DNA of 62,838 nucleotides, counting the filler, from Nemertoderma westbladi (Eukaryota > Animalia > Xenacoelomorpha): assembly GCA_032718475.1 (NCBI GenBank). It is 4 parts of 4 records of this genome, joined end to end, with 100 filler letters (N's around TTAATTAATTAA, not from the genome) between each part and the next. Parts side by side here need not be neighbours in the genome. Positions count along the whole stretch, not along the records: positions 1 to 18,698 come from JAUCBJ010000430.1; positions 18,799 to 33,869 come from JAUCBJ010003991.1; 2 more parts are not named here. One strand, given 5' to 3'. Within the stretch, counting starts at the first letter, position 1. The number at the start of each line of letters is the position of its first letter. Under the pieces are notes generated by a model that did not search any database, was not told the DNA's origin, and saw only the letters and a list, made by a program, of their open reading frames with translations. Below are positions 10,923-24,935 of the stretch, in pieces. The position numbers were made by a program, and so were the translations under genes.

Positions 10923-12402
10923 TAATTAATTAACGACAAATTAGCGATCAGTTAGTTGGTAATGGAGTTTTATAATAGTAGAGATAGTTAAAAAACCATT
11001 TTTCATTTAATCAATAAAAAACGAGCATTAATCAGCTTTGTGCCATACAAAGCGAAATGATGTGGTTGGTCGATCTCTGAAGTAATTAAAATTCCTGGTA
11101 CTGGTACCACGAGATAACCGCACAGATACTAATGCTGTTACTGTGGAGGAACACCAAACAAGTTATAATACTGAAATCATTAACTTGAAAGACTTTGTGA
11201 CGGTGAAACAACTTGGACAAAGTTTAACTTGACATACGTGACAACAACTAGCTGATAATTAACTTCATTATTTTATCAAGAAAGTCAATGCGTTGTATTA
11301 AAAATAGAAAAACAAAGAAGTTGCTTTACTATTTAAGATTTTATATTTTCCCACACTTTTGCCCACCGCTGGAAATATATTTTGAAATTAGACGGAGACA
11401 TTGAACCGTCAATGTAAACGTTCATAACATGTTATATTACGATATTTTATTGGCATTGCGAATGCCGTGCCAATTAATAATTACCGGACTGGTAAATGAT
11501 AAATATTTGATATATTTGCTATAATGAATTTACTTGTAGTATTTAGACTGAGTATTGCGCTAATTACCTTTGTATGCATAACCGATTGATTTTACTTGCT
11601 TAATTCCGCTGCAGGTGTTGTGAAGGGTAGTTGGTTCAGGTATAGAGTAGGGAAGACACCTCATAGATTGTACAAATTTTAATTAAACTTGTGAAAATAA
11701 TTATATTTTCCGATGAATTCTTGTAAACATTTCATTAATTGTAACTATTCATTGTACAGTATCTCTAGTAATATTCTACGTAATTAAATTTGTTTAAATA
11801 AATAAATGTATATGGAAAAGAAATACTCTTCAGTGAGTTGTAAACTTGTAAATTGTTTTAATTATTTTTTGTCTATATTTGTTGTTTGAATGGGGCCGGG
11901 GGGGTAGGGGGGGGGGGGGGGGGGGGAATTGTAATAATAGTAAATAATGTTGCTCTCTTTGAATTGACAATGTAATATAATTATTTTTATAAATATTTTA
12001 ATGGAGCAAATGTGAGGTCAGAATATCAAATAATTTATTTATAATAAGCAACATAGTTTAATTAAACATTAGAATATATCTTTAAAAATAGTTCACTATA
12101 ACTAAATATCCAATTATGTTGATGTAGAACTCCACCCCGCATCTGGAGGCAAAACCCATCTGGGCGAATTAATATCCCGTCTTGATGTTAAAATATAAAT
12201 TAAGGGAAAGGAGCAGGTTACAGTGGCACGTTATTCTGTTATCAGCTTACTATATGTCTGTGATAGAAATTAAGTACTTTAGATTTTAGAATTTCAGAAG
12301 ATTTCTCTATTATTATTCGCACTCATAATCATATTTTTTCAAATTGACGACATTCTAGTTGATTATTCGCATTTTTTATTGGTTTTGACGAGAATGGTCG
12401 AA

Positions 12403-15400
12403 TTATTTCCAGGGGACCCAATTCCAATGATGTAATTTTGGGTTACCCGCTGGGTCGATTGGTTCATTAATTGGCGCAACCAATGTCTTCCTCAACTCTT
12501 CGACTCTGTCAAGCAACTTCTGTAGAATGTTAGGCATCTTCTCACCCAAATTGTTATATTCACATGGGTCATCTTCTATGTTGTAGAGACATGGTTTCTT
12601 TAAGATGTTACAATTAGTTTTTGCATCCGGGGGTTTTGCTCCGCATTTAATCCGCACGGCACGCGGATCCGGGTTTGTTTGGTTGTTTACAGTTGCCGGG
12701 TATTCGCCACTCTCTTGGTACCAATCGCTCCAACTATTGTTGTAATGATCGCCAAATATAACCTTCCATTTGCCGGACCTGTATAGATAATATTTTATAA
12801 TACATAAAAGTCATATATTGAATAGTTATTTTAAATTTAAATTACAATTTTAAATAATTTAAAAGTATTTTAATCTCATATTAAGAAGTGATGGTTGAGA
12901 TTGTTTTTATTACCCTGCCAAATTAATTGTAATAATACTGAAAGTATAATGTACCTGACCTGAAGGCAAATACATTCGGATGTATTTGGATATTGAGAAC
13001 TATTTCCTTACGAGGTGTTGGTTCACCTTTACTTAAAGTGCTCCATATATCAAATCCATCCATCCCTGCAGTCATGCTCTGTCCACCTCCGGCTAAACCA
13101 ATCATTGTAGCCGTGAGGTCTGTTACGTGCATCATCTGATTGGATATTCTTCCGGGCTTTGCTATCAGTTTACTCCAGACGAACCCAACACCCCTAACTC
13201 CCCCTTCCCACAATGTATTCTTTACGCCCCGTAACGGCCAATTTGATGCGTAATTGTAGTCGAAACCGTTGGCGGGGCCGCCGTTGTCCGTCGAGAAGAA
13301 AATTACCGAATCTCGTAACATATCCTTGGCTTTGAGACTTTCTATCAACGCTCCTACGCTGTCGTCCAGGGCTTTTAGTGTACCGGCGAAAGTTCGTCGT
13401 CTTGAATCCCATATATTCGCGAACTGGTATTGGTAAGATGGTGGCGATTGTATTGGGTCATCGGGATTGGCTGAATGCACTGCCTATAAAAGCAACAAGG
13501 TTATCATGACAACAATGCATACAAACAAAAAATATCGAATATCTATTCCCTAACGTCCCATTGAGAGAGGCGGCCCAGGTCACTGCACACGGCCAGTTCG
13601 GTTTGTTTTCACAACATCCAAACTGCGCCAGTCGCTCCTTGCTTCTAACTTCGTTTATTCAATCTCTTGTCCCTCTTGTAAGGAGGAATATGTTGGACAC
13701 ACTATCCAACACCTTTGTGAACGCTTGAGACAGCATCATGATGGGACTGCTAGGGATGGTAGTGAACAAGGCAAGACTGTACACAACCACATTTTGACAC
13801 CGTGGCTTTAAATAATATAAATAATAAACTTTGGTCCTTGCATACCTGCTCCCTTAAAGTTTTACTTAACTTTCACATAAAGTCATAATCCTGTTATAAT
13901 TTGGTCACTTTTAGGAAAATCATCAATGATGCCAGTTGAGCATCAGTCGGATTATTGATGACAACAATATTATCTAACCAAATCAGTCAAGGCATTTACT
14001 ATAATTCCCGGCAATGTATAATATCAATACAATTTGTAATAAATATAAGAAGACACCTAACCTGGTGTGCCATGTATAGAAACAGAGGTTTACTGGTGTC
14101 GTGTTGATCAATAATCTTTGCTGTAGCGTTAGTAAACAGCTCGGTGCTGTACTTTCCGAAAGTTTCGTTTCGCAACACTTTCATTTGGCCGTTATTGTCG
14201 TAACGAAAGTCGAAACCCCAGATTTCGGGCTGGTTTGCATCGGGCCAGTAGGTATGATCGTAGTAATCTTCCATACCCTTGAAAATCAATTAGTTATCAT
14301 TCCTATACATTTTATGACGTAATTTTTTTTTTATAGAAACTACAATGAAATACTATGTTTAACAATAGGAATTGATTTTGATTGATAGTCGAAAAATTTT
14401 TGAATATTAATTATCTACAAGTAGTTGAACCATATATAACAGAAATTGTTAATTCATATAATTCGTTTTACAGGTCAATATCCGAGTTCTACCGACTGGG
14501 GTGTGTGCGTGTATGTATTAACCTAATCAACTTTCGAGTTCGATCGACTATAATGTGTATAAACCTAATCAACTTCCGAGTTCGATCGACTACAGTGTGT
14601 GTAAACCTAATCAACTTCCGAGTTCGATCGACTATAGTGTGTGTAAAACTAATCAACTTCCGAGTTCGATCGACTACAGTGTGTGTAAACCTAATCAACT
14701 TCCGAGTTCGATCGACTAAGTGTGTGTAAACCTAATCAACTTCCGAGTTCGATCGACTATAGTGTGTGTAAAACTAATCAACTTCCGAGTTCGATCGACT
14801 ACAGTGTGTGTAAACCTAATCAACTTTCGAGTTCGATCGACTATAATGTGTTGTGTATTAACCTAATCAACTTTCGAGTTCGATCGACTATAATGTGTAT
14901 AAACCTAATCAACTTCCGAGTTCGATCGACTACAGTGTGTGTAAACCTAATCAACTTTCGAGTTCGATCGACTATAATGTGTATTAACCTAATCAACTTT
15001 CGAGTTCGATCGACTATAGTGTGTGTAAAACTAATCAACTTCCGAGTTCGATCGACTACAGTGGGTGTAAACCTAATCAACTTCCGAGTTCGATCGACTA
15101 TAGTGTGTGTAAACCTAATCAACTTCCGAGTTCGATCGACTATAGTGTGTGTAAAACTAATCAACTTCCGAGTTCGATCGACTACTGTGTGTGTAAACCT
15201 AATCAACTTTCGAGTTCGATCGACTATAATGTGTATTAACCTAATCAACTTTCGAGTTCGATCGACTATAATGTGTATTAACCTAATCAACTTTCGAGTT
15301 CGATCGACTATAGTGTGTGTAAAACTAATCAACTTCCGAGTTCGATCGACTACAGTGTGTGTAAACCTAATCAACTTTCGAGTTCGATCGACTATAATGT

Positions 15401-18400
15401 GTATTAACCTAATCAACTTTCGAGTTCGATCGACTATAGTGTGTGTAAAACTAATCAACTTCCGAGTTCGATCGACTACAGTGGGTGTAAACCTAATCAA
15501 CTTCCGAGTTCGATCGACTATAGTGTGTGTAAACCTAATCAACTTCCGAGTTCGATCGACTATAGTGTGTGTAAAACTAATCAACTTCCGAGTTCGATCG
15601 ACTACTGTGTGTGTAAACCTAATCAACTTTCGAGTTCGATCGACTATAATGTGTATTAACCTAATCAACTTTCGAGTTCGATCGACTATAATGTGTATAA
15701 ACCTAATCAACTTCCGAGTTCGATCGACTACAGTGTGTGTAAACCTAATCAACTTCCGAGTTCGATCGACTATAGTGTGTGTAAAACTAATCAACTTCCG
15801 AGTTCGATCGACTACAGTGTGTGTAAACCTAATCAACTTCCGAGTTCGATCGACTAAGTGTGTGTAAACCTAATCAACTTCCGAGTTCGATCGACTATAG
15901 TGTGTGTAAAACTAATCAACTTCCGAGTTCGATCGACTACAGTGTGTGTAAACCTAATCAACTTTCGAGTTCGATCGACTATAATGTGTATAAACCTAAT
16001 CAACTTCCGAGTTCGATCGACTACTGTGTGTGTAAACCTAATCAACTTCCGAGTTCGATCGACTATAGTGTGTGTAAAACTAATCAACTTCCGAGTTCGA
16101 TCGACTACAGTGTGTGTAAACCTAATCAACTTCCGAGTTCGATCGACTAAGTGTGTGTAAACCTAATCAACTTCCGAGTTCGATCGACTATAGTGTGTGT
16201 AAACCTAATCAACTTCCGAGTTCGATCGACTATAGTGTGTGTAAACCTAATAAACTTCCGAGTTCGATCGACTACAGTGGGTGTAAACCTAATCAACTTC
16301 CGAGTTCGATCGACTATAGTGTGTGTAAAACTAATAAACTTCCGAGTTCGATCGACCACAGTGTGTGTAAACCTAATAAACTTCCGAGTTCGATCGACTA
16401 CAGTGTGTGTAAACATAATCAACTTCCGAGTTCGATCGACTACTGTGTGTGTAAACCTAATAAACTTCCGAGTTCGATCTACTACAGTGTGTGTAAACCT
16501 AATCAACTTCCGAGTTCGATCGACTACAGTGTGTGTAAACCTAATCAACTTCCGAGTTCGATCGACTATAGTGTGTGTAAACCTAATAAACTTCCGAGTT
16601 CGATCGACTACAGTGTGTGTAAACCTAATCAACTTCCGAGTTCGATCGACTATAGTGTGTGTAAAACTAATAAACTTCCGAGTTCGATCGACCACAGTGT
16701 GTGTAAACCTAATAAACTTCCGAGTTCGATCGACTACAGTGTGTGTAAACATAATCAACTTCCGAGTTCGATCGACTACTGTGTGTGTAAACCTAATAAA
16801 CTTCCGAGTTCGATCTACTACAGTGTGTGTAAACCTAATCAACTTCCGAGTTCGATCGACTACAGTGTGTGTAAACCTAATCAACTTCCGAGTTCGATCG
16901 ACTACAGTGTGTGTATACCTAATCAACTTCCGAGTTCGATCGACTACAGTGTGTGTATACCTAATCAACTTCCGAGTTCGATCGACTACAGTGTGTGTAA
17001 ACCTAATCAACTTCCGAGTTCGATCGACTATAGTGTGTGTAAAACTAATCAACTTCCGAGTTCGATCGACTACAGTGGGTGTAAACATAATCAACTTCCG
17101 AGTTCGATCGACTATAGTGTGTGTAAACCTAATAAACTTCCGAGTTCGATCGACTACAGTGGGTGTAAACATAATCAACTTCCGAGTTCGATCGACTATA
17201 GTGTGTGTAAAACTAATCAACTTCCGAGTTCGATCGACTACAGTGTGTGTAAACCTAATCAACTTCCGAGTTCGATCGACTACAGTGTGTGTAAACCTAA
17301 TCAACTTCCGAGTTCGATCGACTATAGTGTGTGTAAACCTAATAAACTTCCGAGTTCGATCGACTATAGTGTGTGTAAACCTAATAAACTTCCGAGTTCG
17401 ATCGACTACAGTGGGTGTAAAACTAATCAACTTCCGAGTTCGATCGACTACAGTGTGTGTAAACCTAATCAACTTCCGAGTTCGATCGACCACAGTGTGT
17501 GTAAACCTAATAAACTTCCGAGTTCGATCGACTACAGTGGGTGTAAACATAATCAACTTCCGAGTTCGATCGACTACTGTGTGTGTAAACCTAATCAACT
17601 TCCGAGTTCGATCGACTACAGTGTGTGTACCGGTAGTGTATACCTTATGATTCATACCTGGTAATACCCGTAGAATGATTCGAACCCTCTGTACGTTGGA
17701 GTGAATTTCTTTTCGAAAAATCCTAAATGCCATTTTCCTACAGAATAAATATTATAAAGCGTAAAAACAGCGAAAACTGTGTAATAATTAATATTAAGCC
17801 TATTATTTTATATTATTTTATATTATTTTATATTATTTTATATTATTTTATATTATTTTATATTATTTTATATTATTTTATATTATTTTATAATATTTTA
17901 TATTATTTTATATTATTTTATATTATTTTATATTATTTTATATTATTTTATATTATTTCTATTATATTATATTCCTTAAAATTTCCTTATAACCAATACA
18001 TAAATAGAAGAACAAAGTTTGGACTTTATTCCTGGTATAAAAAATACTAACATAGGATTGGAATGAAAGCTTGGCAACTTGTTTACAATAGGGAATTTTT
18101 AACACGAAATGCATTGGCTGTTATAGGATGTTTATATTTATCATAATAATGTTTTGAATTTTGAACCTTTGCCCCTATGGAAAACAGAGAGCAAGGTGAG
18201 GTGAAAAGCTCTGAAAATCTTTTCACCTCAGATTTCTGTTCCATCTGATCCAATTGAAAGTGAAAACGCAATTTCGTGGAATGAATTACGCATTTACTTG
18301 CAAAACAAATATATATTTTCAATATAATTTGGTTAGAGGGGTGATGTTTCGTAGTGTTTTAAGTATTACGTCATAACAACCAATTCAATCCATCCATATG

Positions 18401-18575
18401 AGATAGTTATTGTCATGTTCGCAACTTACCAACAGCGTGACGACTGTAATTTAACTTGGCCAGATACTCGGGAAGAAGTTTAAACTTTAAGGGAAGACCA
18501 GCCGCTTGTGTACTGTAGAATACACCGCGTTGCATCCCGGTGTGCATTGGATATCTGCCCGTGAGTAAAGCGCTC
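12403..18575 (-). CDS. ARSB: Arylsulfatase B-like (ARSB/ARSI/ARSJ group) gene; five exons visible, 5' exons lost at the gap
   Basis: Exons 18430-18575, 17658-17737, 14062-14277, 12960-13483 and 12403-12778 are all GT-AG and in phase. They give (R)SALLTGRYPMHTG...HAVGKWHLGFF...PTYRGFESFYGY...KPLFLYMAHQAVHS...FSTDNGG...SNWPLRGVKNTLWEGGVRG...CLYNIEDDPCEYNNL. The CxPSR exon was not seen. Orthology within the clade is unresolved. Confidence 0.92.
13647..13736 (+). mobile_element. Penelope-like GIY-YIG endonuclease relic in a sulfatase intron
   Basis: Translates NFVYSISCPSCKEEYVGHTIQHLCERLRQH, paralleling VVYLYSCGSCNATYVGKTVRHLAVRVGEH in the Penelope ORF at 47631-48863. Confidence 0.7.
14500..17628. 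repeat. 42-bp minisatellite, about 74 copies, intronic
   Basis: Consensus GTGTGTGTAAACCTAATCAACTTCCGAGTTCGATCGACTACA; monomers abut with no unique spacers. Confidence 0.98.
17801..17958. repeat. (TATTATTTTA)n 10-bp tandem repeat
   Basis: Read directly; about 16 units. Confidence 0.95.
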
Positions 18576-18698
18576 CTGCGAAACCACAGATATTTTTTAT
18601 AAGAGAAACGAACACATATATATGATAACTGTGAATGATGAATTATTGTTTTTAAGTAAAAATGACATTTTCAAAATATCATAACGCTGGCATTTCCT

Positions 18699-18798
18699 NN
18701 NNNNNNNNNNNNNNNNNNNNNNNNNNNNNNNNNNNNNNNNNNTTAATTAATTAANNNNNNNNNNNNNNNNNNNNNNNNNNNNNNNNNNNNNNNNNNNN
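18699..18798. other. Artificial scaffold spacer
   Basis: N44-TTAATTAATTAA-N44 (stop codons in all six frames). Confidence 0.98.
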
Positions 18799-20125
18799 TG
18801 AGGCGGAATTGAATACGCTCACACTCCCCCCCATGCTATCTTCCCGGTGAGAAGATAGCATCACCTTCGAGTGCGCTTCAATTCCGCTGGAACCCGATCT
18901 ACTATCGGGTGTGGGGTGCAGTTCTCTTACTTGGAGTCGGCTTACCAGGCCGCTCCCTCTGGGTATGATATTACTACCCTCTCTTGGTGCAACTTCGGCC
19001 TGTGTTGCACCAAGATATCTGGCGTCTCAGTTCGAGACAATTGTGGATTTCTCTCACACAATTTTATCTCCACTCCACTCTAACTGACTCTAACTTCTCT
19101 CCACTTTTCACCCTAACTCTTCTCTACTTCTCTCTACTTCCACTCTAACTTTCGGACCTCCTTGTCCCTCACTCTGCCTCTTACTCCTCCCCCCCACATT
19201 TGAATTGCACCCGCATTCTCTCCACGCGCCTCAACACCACCTCTCACTATCTTTCCTCATACTCCTCTCATACTCTTCTCATGTTCCTCTCATACTCCTC
19301 TCATTTTTGCCCTCACTCTCCACGTCTGCGGTCCCATCAAGTGCCCCTCCTACTCATATCCCGGTAGTGCCCATCTGGACGATTCTTATCCCGCAGGATA
19401 CGAGCTTTCACAATAAATCCTGAACTCCGCCCTGTTGTTTAATGACCACACACTTATCGGGTCCCACATATGTGTGCACCATGTTAGTGGGATCCGTCTA
19501 AGTCTCGTCCTGCTGTTCTAGTCAATTAGTCCCCAGTCCCAGTAGCTAATTGGAAGAAGGTTGTACTTGACTAAGGCATATATTATATAATATATACGAA
19601 TTATATACAATAATTAATTATTTAATTATATATTATATACATTATATTATATGCTCGTCTACATGACGCGTTTCAGTCTCTCTCCGCCTTTCTCGCCTGG
19701 CGAATTCTTCCAGTCGCTTCTCCTCAAGTCTATCCGCTTCCAACTTCTCCCACCTCTGTTATGGTGTATCCACCTCCCTGTCTACTAGATGCCGGCTGTT
19801 GTATTAACCGACTTGCCCTTCAGCCCCGGATGGTCTACCAGACCTTAGAAGGCCACCTTGAAGGCTCTTCTGTAGTTCGGGGGTGATCCTGATATTCTTA
19901 GTTTTATTTTATTCTACCCATATTCCCCCTGTCTGGGCTATTATCCTATCTACCTTTCTACGTGTCGCCCTTAGTGCCCACAACTTCCATGGTACTATGT
20001 GCCCTGCTAATATGTCTACCCAGTACCCTGCTATGTACCCCTCTCTTACTACGTGGCGCTTTTGGTGCCCACAACCCCTCTGCTACTACTTCTATGATAT
20101 ATTGTGCTCTCTATTCTCTTACTGC

Positions 20126-23100
20126 TAACTCTACTAACTCCACTAGCTCTACTAACTCCCTAACTCTACTAACTCTCTAACTCTACTAACTCTCTAACTC
20201 TCTAACTCTCTACCTCTACTAACTCTCTAACTCTACTAACTCTCTACCTCTACTAACTCTCTAACTCTACTAACTCTCTAACTCTACTAACTCTCTACCT
20301 CTACTAACTCTCTAACTCTACTAACTCTCTACCTCTACTAACTCTCTAACTCTACTAACTCTCTACCTCTACTAACTCTCTAACTCTACTAACTCTCTAC
20401 CTCTACTAACTCTCTAACTCTACTAACTCTCTACCTCTACTAACTCTCTAACTCTACTAACTATCTTACTCTCCAACTCTCTAACTCTACTAACGGTACT
20501 ACGTACCCTCTTACTCTCTAACTCTAACCCCACTAACGGTACTACGTACCCTCTTACTCTCTAACTCTAACTCTACTAACACTCTAACTCTACTAACTCT
20601 CTAACTCTAACTCTACTAATGGTACTACGTACCCTCTTACTCTCTAACTCTAGCTCTACTAACGGTACTACGTACCCTCTTACTCTCTAACTCTAACTCT
20701 ACTAACACTCTAACTCTACTAACTCTCTAACTCTCTAACTCTAACTCTACTAATGGTACTACGTACCCTCTTACTCTCTAACTCTAACTCTACTAACGGT
20801 ACTATGTACCCTCTTACTCTCTAACTCTAACCCCACTAACGGTACTACGTACCCTCTTACTCTCTAACTCTAACTCTACTAACACTCTAACTCTAGTAAC
20901 TCTCTAACTCTCTAACTCTAACTCTACTAATGGTACTACGTACCCTCTTACTCTCTAACTCTAGCTCTACTAACGGTACTACGTACCCTCTTACTCTCTA
21001 ACTCTAACTCTACTAACTCTCTAACTCTACTAACTCTCTACCTCTACTAACTCTCTAACTCTACTAACTCTCTACCTCTACTAACTCTCTAACTCTACTA
21101 ACTCTCTTACTCTCCAACTCTCTAACTCTACTAACGGTACTACGTACCCTCTTACTCTCTAACTCTAACTCTACTAACGGTACTATGTACCCTCTTACTC
21201 TCTAACTCTAACCCCACTAACGGTACTACGTACCCTCTTACTCTCTAACTCTAACTCTACTAACACTCTAACTCTACTAACTCTCTAACTCTCTAACTCT
21301 AGCTCTACTAACGGTACTACGTACCCTCTTACTCTCTAACTCTAACTCTACTAACGGTACTACGTACCCTCTTACTCTCTAACTCTAACTCTACTAACGG
21401 TACTACGTACCCTCTAACTCTACTAACTCTCTAACTCTCTAAATCTACTAACTCTCCAGCTCTACTAACTCTACTAACTCTCTAACTCTACTAACTCTCT
21501 AACTCTCTAACTCTAACTCTACTAATGGTACTACGTACCCTCTTACTCTCTAACTCTAACTCTACTAACGGTACTACGTACCCTCTTACTCAATAACTCT
21601 AACTCTACTAACGGTACTACGTACCCTCTAACTCTACTAACTCTCTAACTCTCTAACTCTAACTCTACTAATGGTACTACGTACCCTCTTACTCTCTAAC
21701 TCTAACTCTACTAACGGTACTACATACCCTCTTACTCAATAACTCTAACTCTACTAACGGTACTACGTACCCTCTAACTCTACTAACTCTCTAACTCTCT
21801 AACTCTACTAACTCTACTAACTCTCCAGCTCTACTAACTCTCTAACTCTACTAACTCTCTAACTCTACTAACTCTCTAACTCTCTAAATCTCTAACTCTA
21901 CTCTCTAACTCTAACCCCACTAACGGTACTACGTACCCTCTTACTCTCTAACTCTAACTCTACTAACACTCTAACTCTACTAACTCTAACTCTCTAACTC
22001 TAACTCTACTAATGGTACTACGTACCCTCTTACTCTCTAACTCTAACTCTACTAACGGTACTATGTACCCTCTTACTCTCTAACTCTAACTCTACTAACT
22101 CTCTAACTCTACTAACTCTCCAACTCTCCAGCTCTACTAACTCTCTAACTCTACTAACACTCTAACTCTACTAACTCTCTAACTCTCTAACTCTAACTCT
22201 ACTAATGGTACTACGTACCCTCTTACTCTCTAACTCTAGCTCTACTAACGGTACTACGTACCCTCTTACTCTCTAACTCTAACTCTACTAACTCTCTAAC
22301 TCTACTAACTCTCTAACTCTCTAACTCTCTAACTCTCTAACTCTAACTCTACTAATCGGTACTACGTACCCTCTTACTACTCTCTAACTAACTAACGGTA
22401 CTACGTACCCTCTTACTCTCTAACTCTAACTCTACTAACGGTACTATGTACCCTCTTACTCTCTAACTCTAGCTCTACTAACGGTACTACGTACCCTCTT
22501 ACTCTCTAACTCTAACTCTACTAACACTCTAACTCTACTAACTCTCTAACTCTCTAACTCTAACTCTACTAATCGGTACTACGTACCCTCTTACTACTCT
22601 CTAACTAACTAACGGTACTACGTACCCTCTTACTCTCTAACTCTAGCTCTACTAACGGTACTACGTACCCTCTTACTCTCTAACTCTAACTCTACTAACT
22701 CTCTAACTCTACTAACTCTCTAACTCTCTAACTCTAACTCTACTAATCGGTACTACGTACCCTCTTACTACTCTCTAACTAACTAACGGTACTACGTACC
22801 CTCTTACTCTCTAACTCTAGCTCTACTAACGGTACTACGTACCCTCTTACTCTCTAACTCTAACTCTACTAACTCCCTAACTCTACTAACTCTCTAACTC
22901 TCTAACTCTAACTCTACTAATGGTACTACGTACCCTCTTACTCTCTAACTCTAACTCTACTAACTCTCTAACTCTACTAACTCTCTAACTCTCTAACTCT
23001 CTAACTCTCTAACTCTAACTCTACTAACGGTACTATGTACCCTCTTACTCTCTAACTCTAGCTCTACTAACGGTACTACGTACCCTCTTACTCTCTAACT

Positions 23101-23531
23101 CTAACTCTACTAACTCTCTAACTCTACTAACTCTCTAACTCTCTAACTCTCTAACTCTAACTCTACTAATGGTACTACGTACCCTCTTACTCTCTAACTC
23201 TAACTCTACTAACGGTACTATGTACCCTCTTACTCTCTAACTCTAACCCCACTAACGGTACTACGTACCCTCTTACTCTCTAACTCTACTAACTCTCTAA
23301 CTCTCTAACTCTCTAACTCTAACTCTACTAACGGTACTATGTACCCTCTTACTCTCTAACTCTAGCTCTACTAACGGTACTACGTACCCTCTTACTCTCT
23401 AACTCTAACTCTACTAACTCTCTAACTCTACTAACTCTCTAACTCTCTAACTCTCTAACTCTAACTCTACTAATGGTACTATGTACCCTCTTACTCTCTA
23501 ACTCTAACTCTACTAACGGTACTATGTACCC
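20126..23531. repeat. 3.4-kb modular CT-rich array inside LTR copy A
   Basis: Built from CTCTAA, CTCTCTAA, CTCTACTAA and CGGTACTACGTACCCTCTTA modules. Confidence 0.95.
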
Positions 23532-23705
23532 TTGCTGCCCGCTACGTGGCGCCCTCAGTGCCCACAACTCTCTATAGTACTTGCTATGTACTTTACTGCT
23601 CCCCTACACCTATTTCTTTTACCTCTACTTCCTCACGTGATGCCCTCAGCGCCCACAGGTTTCGCACTTTCCATACTCTTCGGCTATGACATGCGTACAT
23701 ACCCC

Positions 23706-23992
23706 CCGTCACTTTGTGCCCTCTCTACTACTCTACTACCTGGCACCCTTTGTGCCCGCCTCTACTACTCTACTACCTGGCACCCTATGTGCCCGCCTCT
23801 ACTACTCTACTACCTGGCACCCTATGTGCCCGCCTCTACTACTCTACTACCTGGCACCCTTTGTGCCCACCTCTACAACTCTACTACCTGGCACCCTTTG
23901 TGCCAGCCTCTACTACTCTACTACCTGGCACCCTTTGTGCCCGCCTCTACTACTCTACTACCTGGCACCCTTTGTGCCCGCCTCTACTACTG
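23706..23992. repeat. 37-bp tandem repeat, about 7.5 copies
   Basis: Unit GCCTCTACTACTCTACTACCTGGCACCCTTTGTGCCC; starts at 23758, 23795 and onward. Confidence 0.95.
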
Positions 23993-24661
23993 CACCCCTC
24001 AACTATGGTCATGTATACATGCTCCCCCTCAATTCCGTACGTGACGCCCTCAGTGCCGTCAAAGGTGCGTATGCTAAGTTACCCTAGGAGCCATGTTAAC
24101 CTAGGTAACGTTTAACCACCCACACCCTCACGCACACACCCCGGCACGTCCGTACCCTTTTCCATCCAACCCACTGGACCACTCAACAACCTATGGGCCA
24201 TCCCTCCATCACGCATCTCTCCCATTTTTATCTACTTCCTCTACATCTATCTCTGCATCTACTTCCTCTATTCTATCTACATCTTATCTCCTCTACATCT
24301 ACCTTTACATCTTATCCCCTTTACATCTTCTCGCCTGCACATGATGCTCTGAGTGCCGTAAAAGTGGGTATGTTAATTATGTGAACAACTACTAACTCTT
24401 ACTAACTCTACTAACTCTCTACTAACTCTTACTAACTCAACTAACTCTACTAACTCGATTAACTCTCGGTATTACATACCCTCCCACTACTCTCGTGGTA
24501 TGTCAATATACCACACTCCCTAACTTCTTGTGCCCGGCACCTCTTGTGCCCAGCACCCACCCTAATTAACATACCCTGCTCTTGCATCAAACACGTCATC
24601 ACGCCCGTGCCCTGCTCAGTTCAACGCATCCCCTGTACCCTTCTCATCTCTCCCATCTTCC

Positions 24662-24935
24662 AAAAATCGCCTCCGCTTTGCAGGACATTGCTTTCGCCGT
24701 GAGGACCAGCCAGTGCATAATCTTGTACTTTGGCAGCCTCATGGAGTGAATAAGCATGGTGGACAGCCCATGACTTTCTTGAGACGCATTTTAAAGGACA
24801 CTGGCCTTGAAGATGCGGATGATCTAGCAAATGTCATGGGTGATAGGGAGTTGTGGCGGTGCAATTTTGTTGACAAGCCGGCACAGCATTCTTAAAAATG
24901 CAGCTGCAATGCAGCATGCCGATCCTAGTAGTAGT
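24662..24935 (+). mobile_element. 5'-truncated RTE-clade LINE 3' end inserted in LTR copy A
   Basis: Near-identical to the reverse complement of 59105-59365; (TAG)n tail; ATCTTCC duplicated at 24655-24661 and 24936-24942. Confidence 0.9.

Noticed and set aside
11895-11926. Poly-G tracts as specific regulatory G-quadruplexes
   Set aside because: Similar G/C homopolymers occur at more than ten sites and their lengths are error-prone; no locus-specific evidence.
12105-12175. HDV-like ribozyme (GGCAAAACCCATCTGGGCGAAT)
   Set aside because: P4 and J4/2 look right, but L3 would be ~13 nt and P1 pairs poorly; not supportable without a descriptor search.
14500-17628. CRISPR array
   Set aside because: Monomers abut with no unique spacers; eukaryotic context and no cas genes.
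14382-17733. Long 14-aa-repeat ORFs (up to 528 aa) on both strands
   Set aside because: By-product of a 42-bp satellite that lacks stops in three frames; it lies in a sulfatase intron.
17727-18050. Hydrophobic ILYYFILFY ORF
   Set aside because: Translation of a 10-bp AT repeat.
18743-18754. TTAATTAATTAA palindromes within N-runs
   Set aside because: Synthetic six-frame-stop linker, identical at all three gaps.
20126-23531. True telomere or interstitial telomeric repeat
   Set aside because: Units are TTAGAG variants rather than TTAGGG or TTAGG, are interleaved with other modules, and lie inside an LTR element.
23532-24115. Three overlapping + strand ORFs
   Set aside because: Frame-cycling translations of a 37-bp repeat.
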